In this document: positions 9,186 to 19,084 of the stretch, piece after piece | How the letters are laid out: each line of letters begins with the position of its first letter | Numbering within the stretch: position 1 is the stretch's first letter | IMG/VR virus record: IMGVR_UViG_3300042562_002309 | Coordinates: 1-62,922 of that record | Reading direction: 5' to 3' (one strand) | DNA: 62,922 nucleotides | DNA from: a virus | Lineage: Duplodnaviria > Caudoviricetes | Made by a program: the position numbers and the translations under genes | The notes under the pieces: model-generated | The model's input: only the letters and a program-made list of their open reading frames with translations | The model's database searches: none | Told to the model about the DNA's origin: nothing

Positions 9186-9926
9186 ATGAGATCAATAATA
9201 GGTAAGAAATACAAAATCGATTTTCCATTTCATGATGAGGTTTTTATATACCATCATCTCGGATTGGGAGATCATATAAGTTGTCACGGAATAGTAAGAC
9301 ATAATTGTGAGATTTACAAAAAGGTAAACCTATTCGTAAAGCCACACTATTACGAAAACGTCAAGTATATGTACAATGATTTGGAAAACTTAAATATAAT
9401 GAAGGCCGATGATCCACAGGTAATTAATTTTTTGAACACAATGGATCCGGTCAATGTCAAATATATAGGTGCCGTAACCAAATATGGATATGATTCGAGT
9501 AAATTAGTGGAAGAGAATGGAAATTTTGAAAGACAATTCTATGAGATGGCCAAACTACCATTTGAATATAAATATGAGAAGTTTTATATAAACAGAGACA
9601 TGGAAAAAGAAATGGAATTATTTAACTCTTTGGGTATAAAGGAAGGTGAATATATTTTTGTTCATTCGGGTGGTGCTGAGATAAAAGAAGACGTTATAAA
9701 GAACAAAGACTTAAAAAGAATAAGTCCGGATACTCATATGTTCTTTGATTGGATCTATGTAATAGAAAACGCAAAAGAGATACATTGTATGGATTCTTCT
9801 TATTTATGTCTGATTGATTGCCTAAACCTCAATAAAGATATTGAACTATTCAATCATCGATATATAAGAGGATATCCAGACTTCATAAAAGTTGCGACTA
9901 ATAAAGAATGGAACTTCATAAAATGA
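9186..9926 (+). CDS. putative glycosyltransferase-like protein
   Basis: HHLGLGDHI, YIFVH, IENAKEIHCMDSS resemble GT-B (GT9-like) motifs; lies in glycan locus. Confidence 0.5.
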   Translation: MRSIIGKKYKIDFPFHDEVFIYHHLGLGDHISCHGIVRHNCEIYKKVNLFVKPHYYENVKYMYNDLENLNIMKADDPQVINFLNTMDPVNVKYIGAVTKYGYDSSKLVEENGNFERQFYEMAKLPFEYKYEKFYINRDMEKEMELFNSLGIKEGEYIFVHSGGAEIKEDVIKNKDLKRISPDTHMFFDWIYVIENAKEIHCMDSSYLCLIDCLNLNKDIELFNHRYIRGYPDFIKVATNKEWNFIK

Positions 9927-10318
9927 CATGTGTTGAGATAGACTCAAAAAACTCATATCTTCTAAAGGAATTCATAGAGGAAAACTATAATAAAAGTTTT
10001 AGATACTATGACAGTAGATCATTTGATTGTATAGAAAATCATCTCTTGACAAATTTATACTATGAAGATGGTCAATGTGTAGGATACGGACATCTTGATA
10101 TAGAAGGAAAAATATGGCTTGGTATAATGGTTGCCGATGGTTTAAGGGGCAAAGGTTATGGAAGTCTTATAATGGACGATCTGATATCTAAGTCGGTTGA
10201 GGAAATATACCTTACGGTGGATAGATCAAATCCAGCCAAAAATCTTTATGTGAGAAAAGGATTTGAAGTATTGGAAGAAAAGAAAAATCATTTTTTAATG
10301 ATTAGAAAAAATAAATAA
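9908..10318 (+). CDS. GNAT family N-acetyltransferase (start likely 9923)
   Basis: LGIMV...RGKGYG acetyl-CoA motif, N.AKNLY.RKGF. Confidence 0.85.
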   Translation: MELHKMTCVEIDSKNSYLLKEFIEENYNKSFRYYDSRSFDCIENHLLTNLYYEDGQCVGYGHLDIEGKIWLGIMVADGLRGKGYGSLIMDDLISKSVEEIYLTVDRSNPAKNLYVRKGFEVLEEKKNHFLMIRKNK

Positions 10319-10325
10319 AATAAAA

Positions 10326-10631
10326 ATGGATAGTTTAGGAAACGTTGTCGACAAGTTAGTAACGGTCGACATGAAAATGTGGGATAATCAAGAACTTCTT
10401 TATGAGATAAGAAGAATGACTTTTGAAGAATATAAAGAAAAGTATTTCAATACTGAAGAAGGTGCGAATCTTTTATGGGAAACCCTTAAAAAAGCATGTG
10501 ATTTGAACGTTCAAAGAAATCAACTTATAAACGAATTCGACGAAAAGCTTATTCAGATGTTTGATGCCTTTAAAAACGGAGAAGATTTGGACAACGGAAG
10601 ATTCTTGCAAAGAAGCCACAAAACATATTAA
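10326..10631 (+). CDS. small helical protein (DUF4254-like)
   Basis: SLG.VVDKL...DMKMW..QE ... LN.QRN.LI.E.D. Confidence 0.55.
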   Translation: MDSLGNVVDKLVTVDMKMWDNQELLYEIRRMTFEEYKEKYFNTEEGANLLWETLKKACDLNVQRNQLINEFDEKLIQMFDAFKNGEDLDNGRFLQRSHKTY

Positions 10632-10637
10632 TACGAA

Positions 10638-10850
10638 ATGGAAAAAAAACCTAAAGTGTGGAAGATGATGTTGATTTCTTGGCTATTCGTCTACCCTGTA
10701 ATAAACATAATGTTCGCATTAGTCTTTCCTTTGATCAAAGACTTTCCTCAGCTAGTAAAGACTTTAATCTTTACCGTGATTTTAGTTCCTTTGATGGGTT
10801 TGGTGATTCCAAAACTTCATAAGACGTTCTGGGACTGGATAACAAAATAG
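10638..10850 (+). CDS. small two-helix membrane protein
   Basis: WKM...W..VYP.I, L.KTLI.T.ILVPLM hydrophobic pattern. Confidence 0.65.
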   Translation: MEKKPKVWKMMLISWLFVYPVINIMFALVFPLIKDFPQLVKTLIFTVILVPLMGLVIPKLHKTFWDWITK

Positions 10851-10855
10851 ATACA

Positions 10856-11533
10856 ATGATAAAAATGAGAAAAATAAATCGAATAATAATAGATTCCACA
10901 GACTCAAGAACGGATCTATGTGAGTTAGGAGTAAAATACCCAACGGATAAATCTCCTTACAACAAAATAGAATCCGTTACGAAACACGGAAGCGGACATA
11001 GACATCCATATACGGCAGTGTATGATTTTATCTTCTCAAACATGAGATATGACAACATCAAGTTGGCTGAGATAGGAGTGCTTGATAACATGTCGATGCT
11101 TTGCTGGAGAGAATACTTTACGAACGCCACCCTGTTTGGATTTGACTTCAATCCAGAATTCATTGAGAATGGAAAAAGTTTTGGATTGGAAAAAACCGTA
11201 TATGATTTCATGAACGTACACTTTATCGAATCCATAGAAGATGGTTTAAATAAATACGAAAAGTATGACATAATAATCGAGGATAGTACTCATCAATTTG
11301 ACGACCAGATGAGAGTATGCAGTGTGGCACACAAATATCTAAGACCTGGCGGAATACTGGTGATAGAAGACATATTCAGAAGTACTGATGAATCGATATA
11401 CCTAAATGGAATTTCGGATGTAATGCAGTACTACTCTTCTATAACATTCGTAATGACTGAGCACCAACTAAAAAACTCAACAGGATGGAATAACGACAAA
11501 TTGCTCGTTCTATACAGAAACGATAAAGACTAA
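10856..11533 (+). CDS. class I SAM-dependent methyltransferase (sugar O-methyltransferase-like)
   Basis: TDK...H.YT.VYD, LAEIGV, W.EYF....FGFD, DIIIEDSTH, LRPGGILVIEDI. Confidence 0.8.
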   Translation: MIKMRKINRIIIDSTDSRTDLCELGVKYPTDKSPYNKIESVTKHGSGHRHPYTAVYDFIFSNMRYDNIKLAEIGVLDNMSMLCWREYFTNATLFGFDFNPEFIENGKSFGLEKTVYDFMNVHFIESIEDGLNKYEKYDIIIEDSTHQFDDQMRVCSVAHKYLRPGGILVIEDIFRSTDESIYLNGISDVMQYYSSITFVMTEHQLKNSTGWNNDKLLVLYRNDKD

Positions 11534-11567
11534 AAAATGCCTGCTTATATAAATAGCAGGCATTTTT
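11534..11567 (+). terminator. intrinsic terminator
   Basis: AAAAATGCCTGCT-loop-AGCAGGCATTTTT. Confidence 0.7.
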
Positions 11568-11619
11568 GTTTAAACATATTATGTTATTTATGATATAATA
11601 TAAAAAATAATGAATATAA

Positions 11620-12930
11620 ATGACAGGAAAAGTAAACGAACGCGTGAGCTACAAAGTTAAAGACATCTCTCTTGCAGAATTTGGAAGAAAAGAGATTAGA
11701 CTTGCAGAGGCGGAGATGCCAGGATTGATGGCAATACGTAAAGAATACGAAGGAAAACTTCCTTTAAAAGGAGCTAGAATCGCAGGATGTCTACACATGA
11801 CAATCCAAACTGCAGTTCTAATCGAAACACTTGTAGAATTAGGTGCAGAAGTATCTTGGAGTTCTTGTAACATCTTCTCTACGCAAGATCACGCAGCTGC
11901 GGCAATTGCAGAAGCTGGTATTCCAGTATATGCTTGGAAAGGAATGAATGAAGAAGAGTTTGATTGGTGTATCGAACAAACTATCAACGCATTTGAAGGT
12001 GGTAAATACCTTAATATGATTTTAGATGATGGTGGTGATTTAACAAACTTAGTATTTGACAAATACCCACACTTAGCAGAAGACATTAAAGGTTTATCTG
12101 AAGAAACTACTACAGGAGTTCACAGACTTTATGAAAGAATGAAAAATGGAACTCTTTTATTGCCAGCAATCAACGTAAACGATTCTGTTACTAAATCTAA
12201 ATTTGATAACAAATACGGATGCAAGGAATCTTTAGTAGACTCTATTCGTAGAGCGACTGACGTTATGATGGCAGGTAAAGTTTCTGTTGTATGTGGATAT
12301 GGCGATGTAGGGAAAGGTTCGGCGGCTTCTCTACAGGGTGCTGGTGCAAGAGTTATTGTTACTGAGATTGATCCTATCTGTGCTTTACAAGCCGCGATGG
12401 ACGGATTTGAAGTAAAGAAACTTGACAATGTAATCCATTTGGCAGACATCGTAGTTACTGCAACAGGAAACAAAGACATTATTAAAGGTAGACACTTTCT
12501 TGCGATGAAAGATAAGACTATCGTTTGTAATATTGGACACTTTGATAATGAGATTGATATGACTTGGTTAAATAAAAGCTATTCTAAGATTGAAGTTAAA
12601 CCACAAGTTGATATCTATGATGTAGAAGGAAAAGACGTTATCGTATTGGCAGAAGGAAGACTTGTGAACTTAGGTTGTGCTACAGGACATCCATCATTCG
12701 TAATGTCAAACTCTTTCACAAACCAAGTGCTTGCTCAGTTAGAGCTTTGGAACAACTCTGATAAATATGAGAATAAAGTTTACACTCTTCCTAAGCATTT
12801 GGATGAGAAGGTGGCTAGACTTCACTTAGAGAAGATTGGTGTTGAATTGGACGTACTTTCTAAAGAACAGGCTGATTATATCGGTGTTGCGGTAGAAGGA
12901 CCATACAAAAACGACGAATACAGATACTAG
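11620..12930 (+). CDS. ahcY: adenosylhomocysteinase (SAH hydrolase)
   Basis: [58 protein letters not shown]. Confidence 0.98.
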   Translation: MTGKVNERVSYKVKDISLAEFGRKEIRLAEAEMPGLMAIRKEYEGKLPLKGARIAGCLHMTIQTAVLIETLVELGAEVSWSSCNIFSTQDHAAAAIAEAGIPVYAWKGMNEEEFDWCIEQTINAFEGGKYLNMILDDGGDLTNLVFDKYPHLAEDIKGLSEETTTGVHRLYERMKNGTLLLPAINVNDSVTKSKFDNKYGCKESLVDSIRRATDVMMAGKVSVVCGYGDVGKGSAASLQGAGARVIVTEIDPICALQAAMDGFEVKKLDNVIHLADIVVTATGNKDIIKGRHFLAMKDKTIVCNIGHFDNEIDMTWLNKSYSKIEVKPQVDIYDVEGKDVIVLAEGRLVNLGCATGHPSFVMSNSFTNQVLAQLELWNNSDKYENKVYTLPKHLDEKVARLHLEKIGVELDVLSKEQADYIGVAVEGPYKNDEYRY

Positions 12931-12931
12931 G

Positions 12932-13777
12932 ATGAACGTTCTTTCTTTATTTGATGGTATGTCTTGTGGACACATTGCTTTAGACAAGCTTGGTATTGAA
13001 GTAGATCAATACTTTGCATCCGAAATAGAAGAAGCTTCTATCAAAGTTACTATGGCAAACTATCCCAATACCATTCAAATAGGAGACGTAACCAAAGTGA
13101 ATGGAAAGGATCTTCCGAAAATCGACTTGTTGATTGGTGGAAGTCCTTGTCAATCACTATCTAATGCAGGAAATGGCTCTGGTTTTGATGGCAAAAGTGG
13201 ATTGTTCTACGAATGGGTAAGGCTTTTGAAAGAATGCCAACCAAAATACTTCATGCTCGAAAACGTCAAGATGAAAAAGGAATGGCAAGATGTTATTACG
13301 AATATCTTAGGTGTCGAGCCTATTTTAATCAATAGTAATCTTTTTTCCGCCCAGAATCGTCAGAGACTTTATTGGACCAATATTCCAATGGATTCTTTAC
13401 CTGATGACAAAGAGGTTTACATCGAAGACATATTGGAGAGCAGCTTTGATTCAAAGTATTGGCTACCTGAAAAGAATGCCGGTTTGCTAAGCAAGAAAGT
13501 CGATATAACCGGTGCTCCTGATGTTTGTTGCATAGATGTTTACAACAAGCGATACAAGAAGGATAGAAGAAGTCCTACTCTCACGCATCCTTGTCATAAC
13601 TCTTTAAGGCTTTTGCAGGATGGCAAGTTCAGAAAGCTGACACCTATCGAATGTGAAAGGCTTCAGACGGTTCCGGATGGATACACAGAAGGAGTTTCCG
13701 ACACGCATCGATACGCGATGCTTGGAAATGGCTGGACTGTGGATGTCATAGCGCACATATTTAAAAACCTCGTTTAA
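12932..13777 (+). CDS. DNA (cytosine-5)-methyltransferase
   Basis: VLSLFDG, GGSPCQ (catalytic Cys), ENV, AQNRQRLYW, ECERLQT, LGNGW. Confidence 0.92.
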   Translation: MNVLSLFDGMSCGHIALDKLGIEVDQYFASEIEEASIKVTMANYPNTIQIGDVTKVNGKDLPKIDLLIGGSPCQSLSNAGNGSGFDGKSGLFYEWVRLLKECQPKYFMLENVKMKKEWQDVITNILGVEPILINSNLFSAQNRQRLYWTNIPMDSLPDDKEVYIEDILESSFDSKYWLPEKNAGLLSKKVDITGAPDVCCIDVYNKRYKKDRRSPTLTHPCHNSLRLLQDGKFRKLTPIECERLQTVPDGYTEGVSDTHRYAMLGNGWTVDVIAHIFKNLV

Positions 13778-13791
13778 GACGAGGTTTTTTT
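13763..13791 (+). terminator. intrinsic terminator
   Basis: AAAAACCTCGT-loop-ACGAGGTTTTT. Confidence 0.7.
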
Positions 13792-13816
13792 GTTTTTATA
13801 AAATAATATATACCTT

Positions 13817-14110
13817 ATGAAGATATTAAGATTCGAAGAGTTTGAGATGACAAACGAGGCACTACCCAATCAAAAGACGGTGGATCAATTGAAAAAGGTT
13901 ATGAAGATGTCTGCTAGAACAGATATTGGAAATCGTATTTCAGATATGAACAAGCAGGGTGCCAACATACACTATATGCAAAATCCTATTGAGACTGGTA
14001 TTGAATCTAAAGAAGACTACGACGAGCACAACAAGAAGTTCGTTTCTTCTTGGAACCTAAAAGGCATGCTAGGACCTTTCAAAGGAGAAGACAATAAACA
14101 AAACAAATAA
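13817..14110 (+). CDS. hypothetical late protein with MKILRFEEF leader
   Basis: TAATATATA at 13804-13812. Confidence 0.75.
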   Translation: MKILRFEEFEMTNEALPNQKTVDQLKKVMKMSARTDIGNRISDMNKQGANIHYMQNPIETGIESKEDYDEHNKKFVSSWNLKGMLGPFKGEDNKQNK

Positions 14111-14152
14111 AAAAATACGAAATATTCGATATAAAAAATTAATATATAAACT

Positions 14153-14476
14153 ATGAAATATTTAAAAACATTTGAAGGCTACAACGACAAGGGTTTAGCA
14201 AGAGGGATTGCGGAAGACTTACTACCACAACTACAAAAGATTAGAGACGAAAAAGGAATCTTTACCGTAAGCATGTTCGACAACTTTATGGAAGAAAGAA
14301 AAGCTGATATGAGATTGACAGACGAAGTCATTGCAGAACTTGTTAATTTAGGATTCCAATTCGACAGCGAAGACGATGATTCGGAAGATTTTGATGAAGA
14401 TGAATACGACGATACCGAATACGGAGACAGAGATAATTTTGAAGGATATCCAGGAATGGAATATGGCCTAAACTAA
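14153..14476 (+). CDS. acidic hypothetical late protein with MKYLKTFE leader
   Basis: TAATATATA at 14140-14148; D/E-rich tail. Confidence 0.75.
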   Translation: MKYLKTFEGYNDKGLARGIAEDLLPQLQKIRDEKGIFTVSMFDNFMEERKADMRLTDEVIAELVNLGFQFDSEDDDSEDFDEDEYDDTEYGDRDNFEGYPGMEYGLN

Positions 14477-14479
14477 ATA

Positions 14480-14513
14480 AAAAAAAAGAGACTCAAGCGA
14501 GTCTCTTTTTTTT
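14480..14513. terminator. bidirectional intrinsic terminator
   Basis: A-run GAGACTC-AAGC-GAGTCTC T-run. Confidence 0.75.
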
Positions 14514-14518
14514 ATCTA

Positions 14519-14689
14519 TTATTTTAAAACCATATATTTTACACCATCGACAATCTTAACGACATATTTACCAGTGTCTTTCTTTTCGACTTTTTTAGTG
14601 GCCCGTTTAGAAGCGGTGGCTCCTTTAACACTTTTCTCTGATTCGCCATACTTTTGTTTGATAAACTCTTTCATTGAAAATCTTTCCAT
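14519..14689 (-). CDS. small basic hypothetical protein
   Basis: ATG 14689 lies just downstream of host-type promoter TATCTTTG (14715-14722, minus strand). Confidence 0.6.
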   Translation of the reverse strand: MERFSMKEFIKQKYGESEKSVKGATASKRATKKVEKKDTGKYVVKIVDGVKYMVLK

Positions 14690-14753
14690 AGTTCTTTCGT
14701 TTTTGATTGTGTTACAAAGATAGTAATCTTTTTGAATGCACAACAAACTTTTT

Positions 14754-14780
14754 AGTGGATAAAGTGGATAAAGTGGATAA
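14754..14780 (+). repeat. 3 x AGTGGATAA perfect tandem repeat (candidate operator)
   Basis: read directly; just upstream of the TTTATATATA element and HNH gene. Confidence 0.85.
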
Positions 14781-14809
14781 GGGTGAAATACAATATTTAT
14801 ATATACTAT

Positions 14810-15580
14810 ATGAAAAAATGTAGTAAATGTGAAATAGAAAAGGGATTGATCGAATTCTACAGAAAGAAGACCACAAAAGATGGTCTTAGATCGGAATGTA
14901 AGGAATGTAATAAATTATATCAAAAAGAAAATAAAGATAGAATTAAAGAGTATAGAGATTCTTACAATAAGTCTGATAGATATAAAGAATTATATAAAAT
15001 TAAATATAATAATAATAAAGAGAATATTCTTGAAAGAAATAAAGAATATAGAAGTAAAAATAAGGAGGATCTTTCCAATAAAAAGAAACTTTACTATGAA
15101 AGTAATAAAGAAGATATTTTAATAAAAAGAAAAGAATACTACGAAATTATAACTTCGGATGAAGACCTTAGAAAGTCTTTAAAAGAAAGACATAAAATAA
15201 ACGCAAATAATTATCGAATAAAGAATAAAGAACTATTAAGTCAAAGGATTAAAGATAAAAAGAAAAACGATCCACTTTTTAGACTGAGCGATTCCATAAG
15301 AACTCTAATTTGGATTTCCATAAATAAAATGGGGTATAAAAAGAATAGCAAGACAAATAATATACTTGGATGTTCCTTTGAAGAGTTTAAATCATATATA
15401 GAAGTTCAGTTTAATGATAATATGTCCTGGGAAAATTATGGTGAGTGGCACTTGGACCATAAGACACCGGTAAGTTGGGCAGAAACAGAGGAACAAATAT
15501 ATGAATTGAATAAATATACAAACTTTCAGCCTCTATGGGCAAAAGATAATCTTTCAAAAGGAAACAAATGGGCGGATTAG
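14810..15580 (+). CDS. HNH-family homing endonuclease with N-terminal Zn-finger and charged helical linker
   Basis: CSKC..K...EF...DGL.S.CK.C; LGCSFEEFK.YIE.QF...MSWENYGEWHLDH.TP; YTNFQPLWA.DNLSK. Confidence 0.85.
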   Translation: MKKCSKCEIEKGLIEFYRKKTTKDGLRSECKECNKLYQKENKDRIKEYRDSYNKSDRYKELYKIKYNNNKENILERNKEYRSKNKEDLSNKKKLYYESNKEDILIKRKEYYEIITSDEDLRKSLKERHKINANNYRIKNKELLSQRIKDKKKNDPLFRLSDSIRTLIWISINKMGYKKNSKTNNILGCSFEEFKSYIEVQFNDNMSWENYGEWHLDHKTPVSWAETEEQIYELNKYTNFQPLWAKDNLSKGNKWAD

Positions 15581-15594
15581 AATATAATAAAAGT

Positions 15595-15750
15595 ATGAAA
15601 GAAAAAACGAAAAAAAAACTGAAAGTGTATTTCTCAATGAATCCTGATTTACATGAAATATTCGAAAAACATATAGATAAAAATCTATTGGATAAATCTA
15701 AAGTTATTGAGAACTTAATTGATGAATATATCAAAAAATTAAATAACTAA
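15595..15750 (+). CDS. ribbon-helix-helix (CopG/Arc-like) DNA-binding protein
   Basis: KLKVYFSMNPDLHEIFEK...DKSKVIENLIDEYI: alternating strand then two helices; paralogous to 47071 and 51973 ORFs. Confidence 0.7.
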   Translation: MKEKTKKKLKVYFSMNPDLHEIFEKHIDKNLLDKSKVIENLIDEYIKKLNN

Positions 15751-15826
15751 ACTTTTATACAAAATTTTAATATAAATAATAACTGAACAAGGTGTTTAGT
15801 AAATAAAAACAAATAAAAAGCAAATT

Positions 15827-16798
15827 ATGGCAACAAATGAAATTGACGACCTATTTAATGGAGGTTTAGACGGAAAAATGGATTTTCTTAATGAAGTAAA
15901 ATCAAGTAACAACAATGATGGAATCTACAGAGTAGATCTTAAATTGGCGAAAGACGAAAAGAAAGGATGGAGATCTGTAGTAAGATTCTTGCCTAACTTA
16001 ACACAGGACAGCAAGATAGGCCAATCGGCCGTGGAAAAAATCTCGCATTATGTGGATATAAAATCCGCGAAAGAATTAAGTGGATGGTTTGACTCCGCAA
16101 AAAACTTCAACGAAAAATGTGCATTAACAGATTTGTATTACCAAATGCAAAACTCTAAAAATGCGATTTTGATTGAAAAATCAAAACAATTAAAGTTTTC
16201 TAAAAAATACTACTCTTATGTTTTAGTATTAGAAGACGAGCAACAACCAGAATTAGTTGGAAAGATATTGATTTTCCAATATGGTAAAACTATCAAGGAT
16301 AAGATCATGGCTGAGAAAAACGGAGAAATCTCTGGAGTTCCTTGTAATGTTTTTGACTTATCAGCTGGTAAAGAATTCGTTCTTGTTGTTAAGAAAATCC
16401 AAACAGGAGACGAAACATACCCAGATTACAAAGCAAGTATGTTCAGAGGTGAAACAACTTCTTTACCTATTTTCAAAAACGGTATTTTCAAAAACGCGCC
16501 ATTAGAAAATGGTAAAATCGCACCTAACGCACAAACAGTTGTTAAAAACTTTTTGTTAGAAAGAAATGTTGAGTTAGAAGACTTCTCACCAAAGAGATTA
16601 AGTGACGAACAACAGGCTAAAATCACAGAGATTACAAACTTCTTGACTGGTAAAGCTTCTTCTTCTTTCACAAGTGCTAAAGCAGAGGCTAAGCCATCAT
16701 CTGATGATTTTTCTTTTGATGAGAACTTTTCTGCAAAAGCTCCGGCTACTACTACGGTATCTGCAGAAGAAGATGACTTCTTTTCTGATTTACAATAA
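15827..16798 (+). CDS. T4 gp32-like single-stranded DNA-binding protein
   Basis: SVVRFLP, YYSYVLVLED..PE..GKI.IFQYGK.IKDKI, FDL..GK.F.L, PDY..S.F, acidic tail ending DDFFSDL. Confidence 0.8.
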   Translation: MATNEIDDLFNGGLDGKMDFLNEVKSSNNNDGIYRVDLKLAKDEKKGWRSVVRFLPNLTQDSKIGQSAVEKISHYVDIKSAKELSGWFDSAKNFNEKCALTDLYYQMQNSKNAILIEKSKQLKFSKKYYSYVLVLEDEQQPELVGKILIFQYGKTIKDKIMAEKNGEISGVPCNVFDLSAGKEFVLVVKKIQTGDETYPDYKASMFRGETTSLPIFKNGIFKNAPLENGKIAPNAQTVVKNFLLERNVELEDFSPKRLSDEQQAKITEITNFLTGKASSSFTSAKAEAKPSSDDFSFDENFSAKAPATTTVSAEEDDFFSDLQ

Positions 16799-16810
16799 GA
16801 TTTTTTAAGT

Positions 16811-16846
16811 AAAAAAAGCCTCTGAATTACGTTAGAGGCTTTTTTT
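16811..16846 (+). terminator. intrinsic terminator
   Basis: AAAAAAGCCTCT-loop-AGAGGCTTTTTT. Confidence 0.7.
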
Positions 16847-16958
16847 ATTTCAAATACTTATATGTATGGTGTTATTACTAATACCTATTTTTAATAGAGT
16901 AACAATAAACTTTACTTTTATTTTTATATATAAGTTAAAACTAATATATTTTTAAATT

Positions 16959-19079
16959 ATGGATAACAAGAAAAACAAAAATAACAAGTATGTTAAAAAC
17001 ATACCAAATATAAAAAGTTCTTTAAGTGATGACGATGATGAAAAGTCTTCTTATAGTTCAGGTAACAAAAAAACAGATTCAAAGTCTAAGACTCCTGTAT
17101 TGGATACTTATAGTCGTGATTTGACTAAGATGGCGGAAGAAGGAAAACTTGACCCTATCGTAGGAAGAGAAAAGGAAATCGAAAGAGTTTCTCAAATCTT
17201 GGCGAGAAGAAAAAAGAACAATCCAATACTTTTAGGTGAACCTGGAGTTGGTAAATCTTCTGTAGCAGAAGGATTGGCACTTAGAATCATTCAAAGAAAA
17301 GTTAGTAGAATTCTTTTCAACAAAAGAGTTGTTATGTTAGACTTAGCTTCTATGGTTGCCGGTACTAAATACAGAGGTCAATTCGAAGAAAGAATTAAAG
17401 CTCTTATGGGAGAGATGGAGAAAAATCCAGATGTTATTTTATTCATTGATGAAATTCATACAATGATTGGTGCCGGCGGTGCATCAGGATCTATGGATGC
17501 ATCTAACATGTTCAAGCCTGCATTGGCAAGAGGTGAGATACAAATCATTGGTGCGACAACTTTGGATGAATACAGAAAACATATTGAGAAAGATGGTGCT
17601 TTAGAAAGAAGATTTCAAAAAGTAGTAATTGAACCTGCTTCTTCGGAAGAGAGTATGGAAATCTTGAACAACATCAAAGACAAATACGAGTCGCACCACA
17701 ATGTTGAATATACTCCAGATGCAATCAAAGCTTGTGTAGATTTAACATCAAGATATATGACCGATAGATTCTTACCGGACAAGGCTATCGATGCTTTAGA
17801 TGAGGCGGGATCAAGAGTTCACATCTCTAACATAGTTGTTCCTAAAGAGATTACGGATATTGAGAAAAAAATCTCTGATATCAAAGACAAAAAGAATGAA
17901 GTTATTCGTTCTCAAAAGTATGAAGAGGCTGCCAAATTAAGAGATGTTGAACGTCAGCTTAATGAAAGTTTGGAAAAAGCTAGAAAAGAGTGGGAGGATG
18001 AATCTTCTAAAAACAGACAAACCGTTACCGAAGACAATGTTGCAGAAGTTGTTTCTATGATGACTGGTATTCCCTTACAGAAGGTTGGTGAAAAAGAAAA
18101 CGAAAGACTTTCTAGAATGGGTTCTGAAATCTCTGGTAAAGTAGTAGGTCAAGACGATGCGGTTAAGAAAGTAGTTAGAGCCATTCAAAGAGGTCGTGTT
18201 GGTATGAAAGACGAAAACAGACCAGTGTTCAGCGGTATGCTTATTGGTAACTCTGGAGTTGGTAAGACCGAGTTAGCAAAACAAATCGCCAAATACCTAT
18301 TCGATTCAGAAGATTCTTTAATCAGATTAGATATGTCTGAGTATATGGATAAAATCTCTATGTCTAAGATTCAGGGTTCTGCACCAGGATATGTTGGATA
18401 TGAAGATGCGAACGTTCTTGATAAAATCAGAAGAAAGCCTTATTCAGTAGTTCTTTTTGACGAGATTGAAAAGGCACATCCAGAAGTATTCAATATCTTC
18501 CTTCAAATGCTTGATGATGGTCACGTTACTGATTCACACGGAAGAAAGGTGAGCTTTAAAAACTGTATCATTTTGATGACTTCCAACGTAGGAACCAAAA
18601 TGGTTAAAGATTTTGGAACTGGAGTAGGATTCTCTACGAAGAACAAAGAAAACGTAAGAGAAGATGAAATCAAAGGCATCTTAGAGAAAGAGTTGAAAAA
18701 CAAGTTCGCTCCTGAGTTTATCAACAGACTTGACGAGATTATCTACTTTAAAGATTTGGGCAAAGAAGAGATTCTTAAAATTGTAGACTTAGAATTGGTT
18801 AAGACTATAAAAAGAGCATCTGATATTGGTTACCCAACAGAAATAACAGAAACTTTAAAAGATCATTTGGTGGAAGTTGGATACGATCCTAAATATGGTG
18901 CTAGACCATTGAAGAGAGCTATACAAAGATGGGTAGATGATGTAATTACTGATTATATTATCGAAAACAATCCAAAAGAAGGAACTAAGTTTTTGATGGA
19001 CTACAATAAAGAAGATGATGCATCATTCATCACTTTTGAAAAGGTAGTGAAAAAGACAAGAAAGAAAAAAGATGAATAA
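16959..19079 (+). CDS. clpC: ATP-dependent Clp protease ATPase subunit, ClpC type, lacking the N-terminal Clp-repeat domain
   Basis: two AAA+ modules (GEPGVGKS, GNSGVGKT), UVR-type EEAAKLRD, GVGF ClpP-docking loop, YGARPL. Confidence 0.9.
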   Translation: MDNKKNKNNKYVKNIPNIKSSLSDDDDEKSSYSSGNKKTDSKSKTPVLDTYSRDLTKMAEEGKLDPIVGREKEIERVSQILARRKKNNPILLGEPGVGKSSVAEGLALRIIQRKVSRILFNKRVVMLDLASMVAGTKYRGQFEERIKALMGEMEKNPDVILFIDEIHTMIGAGGASGSMDASNMFKPALARGEIQIIGATTLDEYRKHIEKDGALERRFQKVVIEPASSEESMEILNNIKDKYESHHNVEYTPDAIKACVDLTSRYMTDRFLPDKAIDALDEAGSRVHISNIVVPKEITDIEKKISDIKDKKNEVIRSQKYEEAAKLRDVERQLNESLEKARKEWEDESSKNRQTVTEDNVAEVVSMMTGIPLQKVGEKENERLSRMGSEISGKVVGQDDAVKKVVRAIQRGRVGMKDENRPVFSGMLIGNSGVGKTELAKQIAKYLFDSEDSLIRLDMSEYMDKISMSKIQGSAPGYVGYEDANVLDKIRRKPYSVVLFDEIEKAHPEVFNIFLQMLDDGHVTDSHGRKVSFKNCIILMTSNVGTKMVKDFGTGVGFSTKNKENVREDEIKGILEKELKNKFAPEFINRLDEIIYFKDLGKEEILKIVDLELVKTIKRASDIGYPTEITETLKDHLVEVGYDPKYGARPLKRAIQRWVDDVITDYIIENNPKEGTKFLMDYNKEDDASFITFEKVVKKTRKKKDE

Positions 19080-19084
19080 TAAAG

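Noticed and set aside
11534-11567. SAM/SAH riboswitch upstream of ahcY
   Set aside because: Only a simple terminator hairpin and AT-rich spacer are present; no room or consensus for an aptamer.
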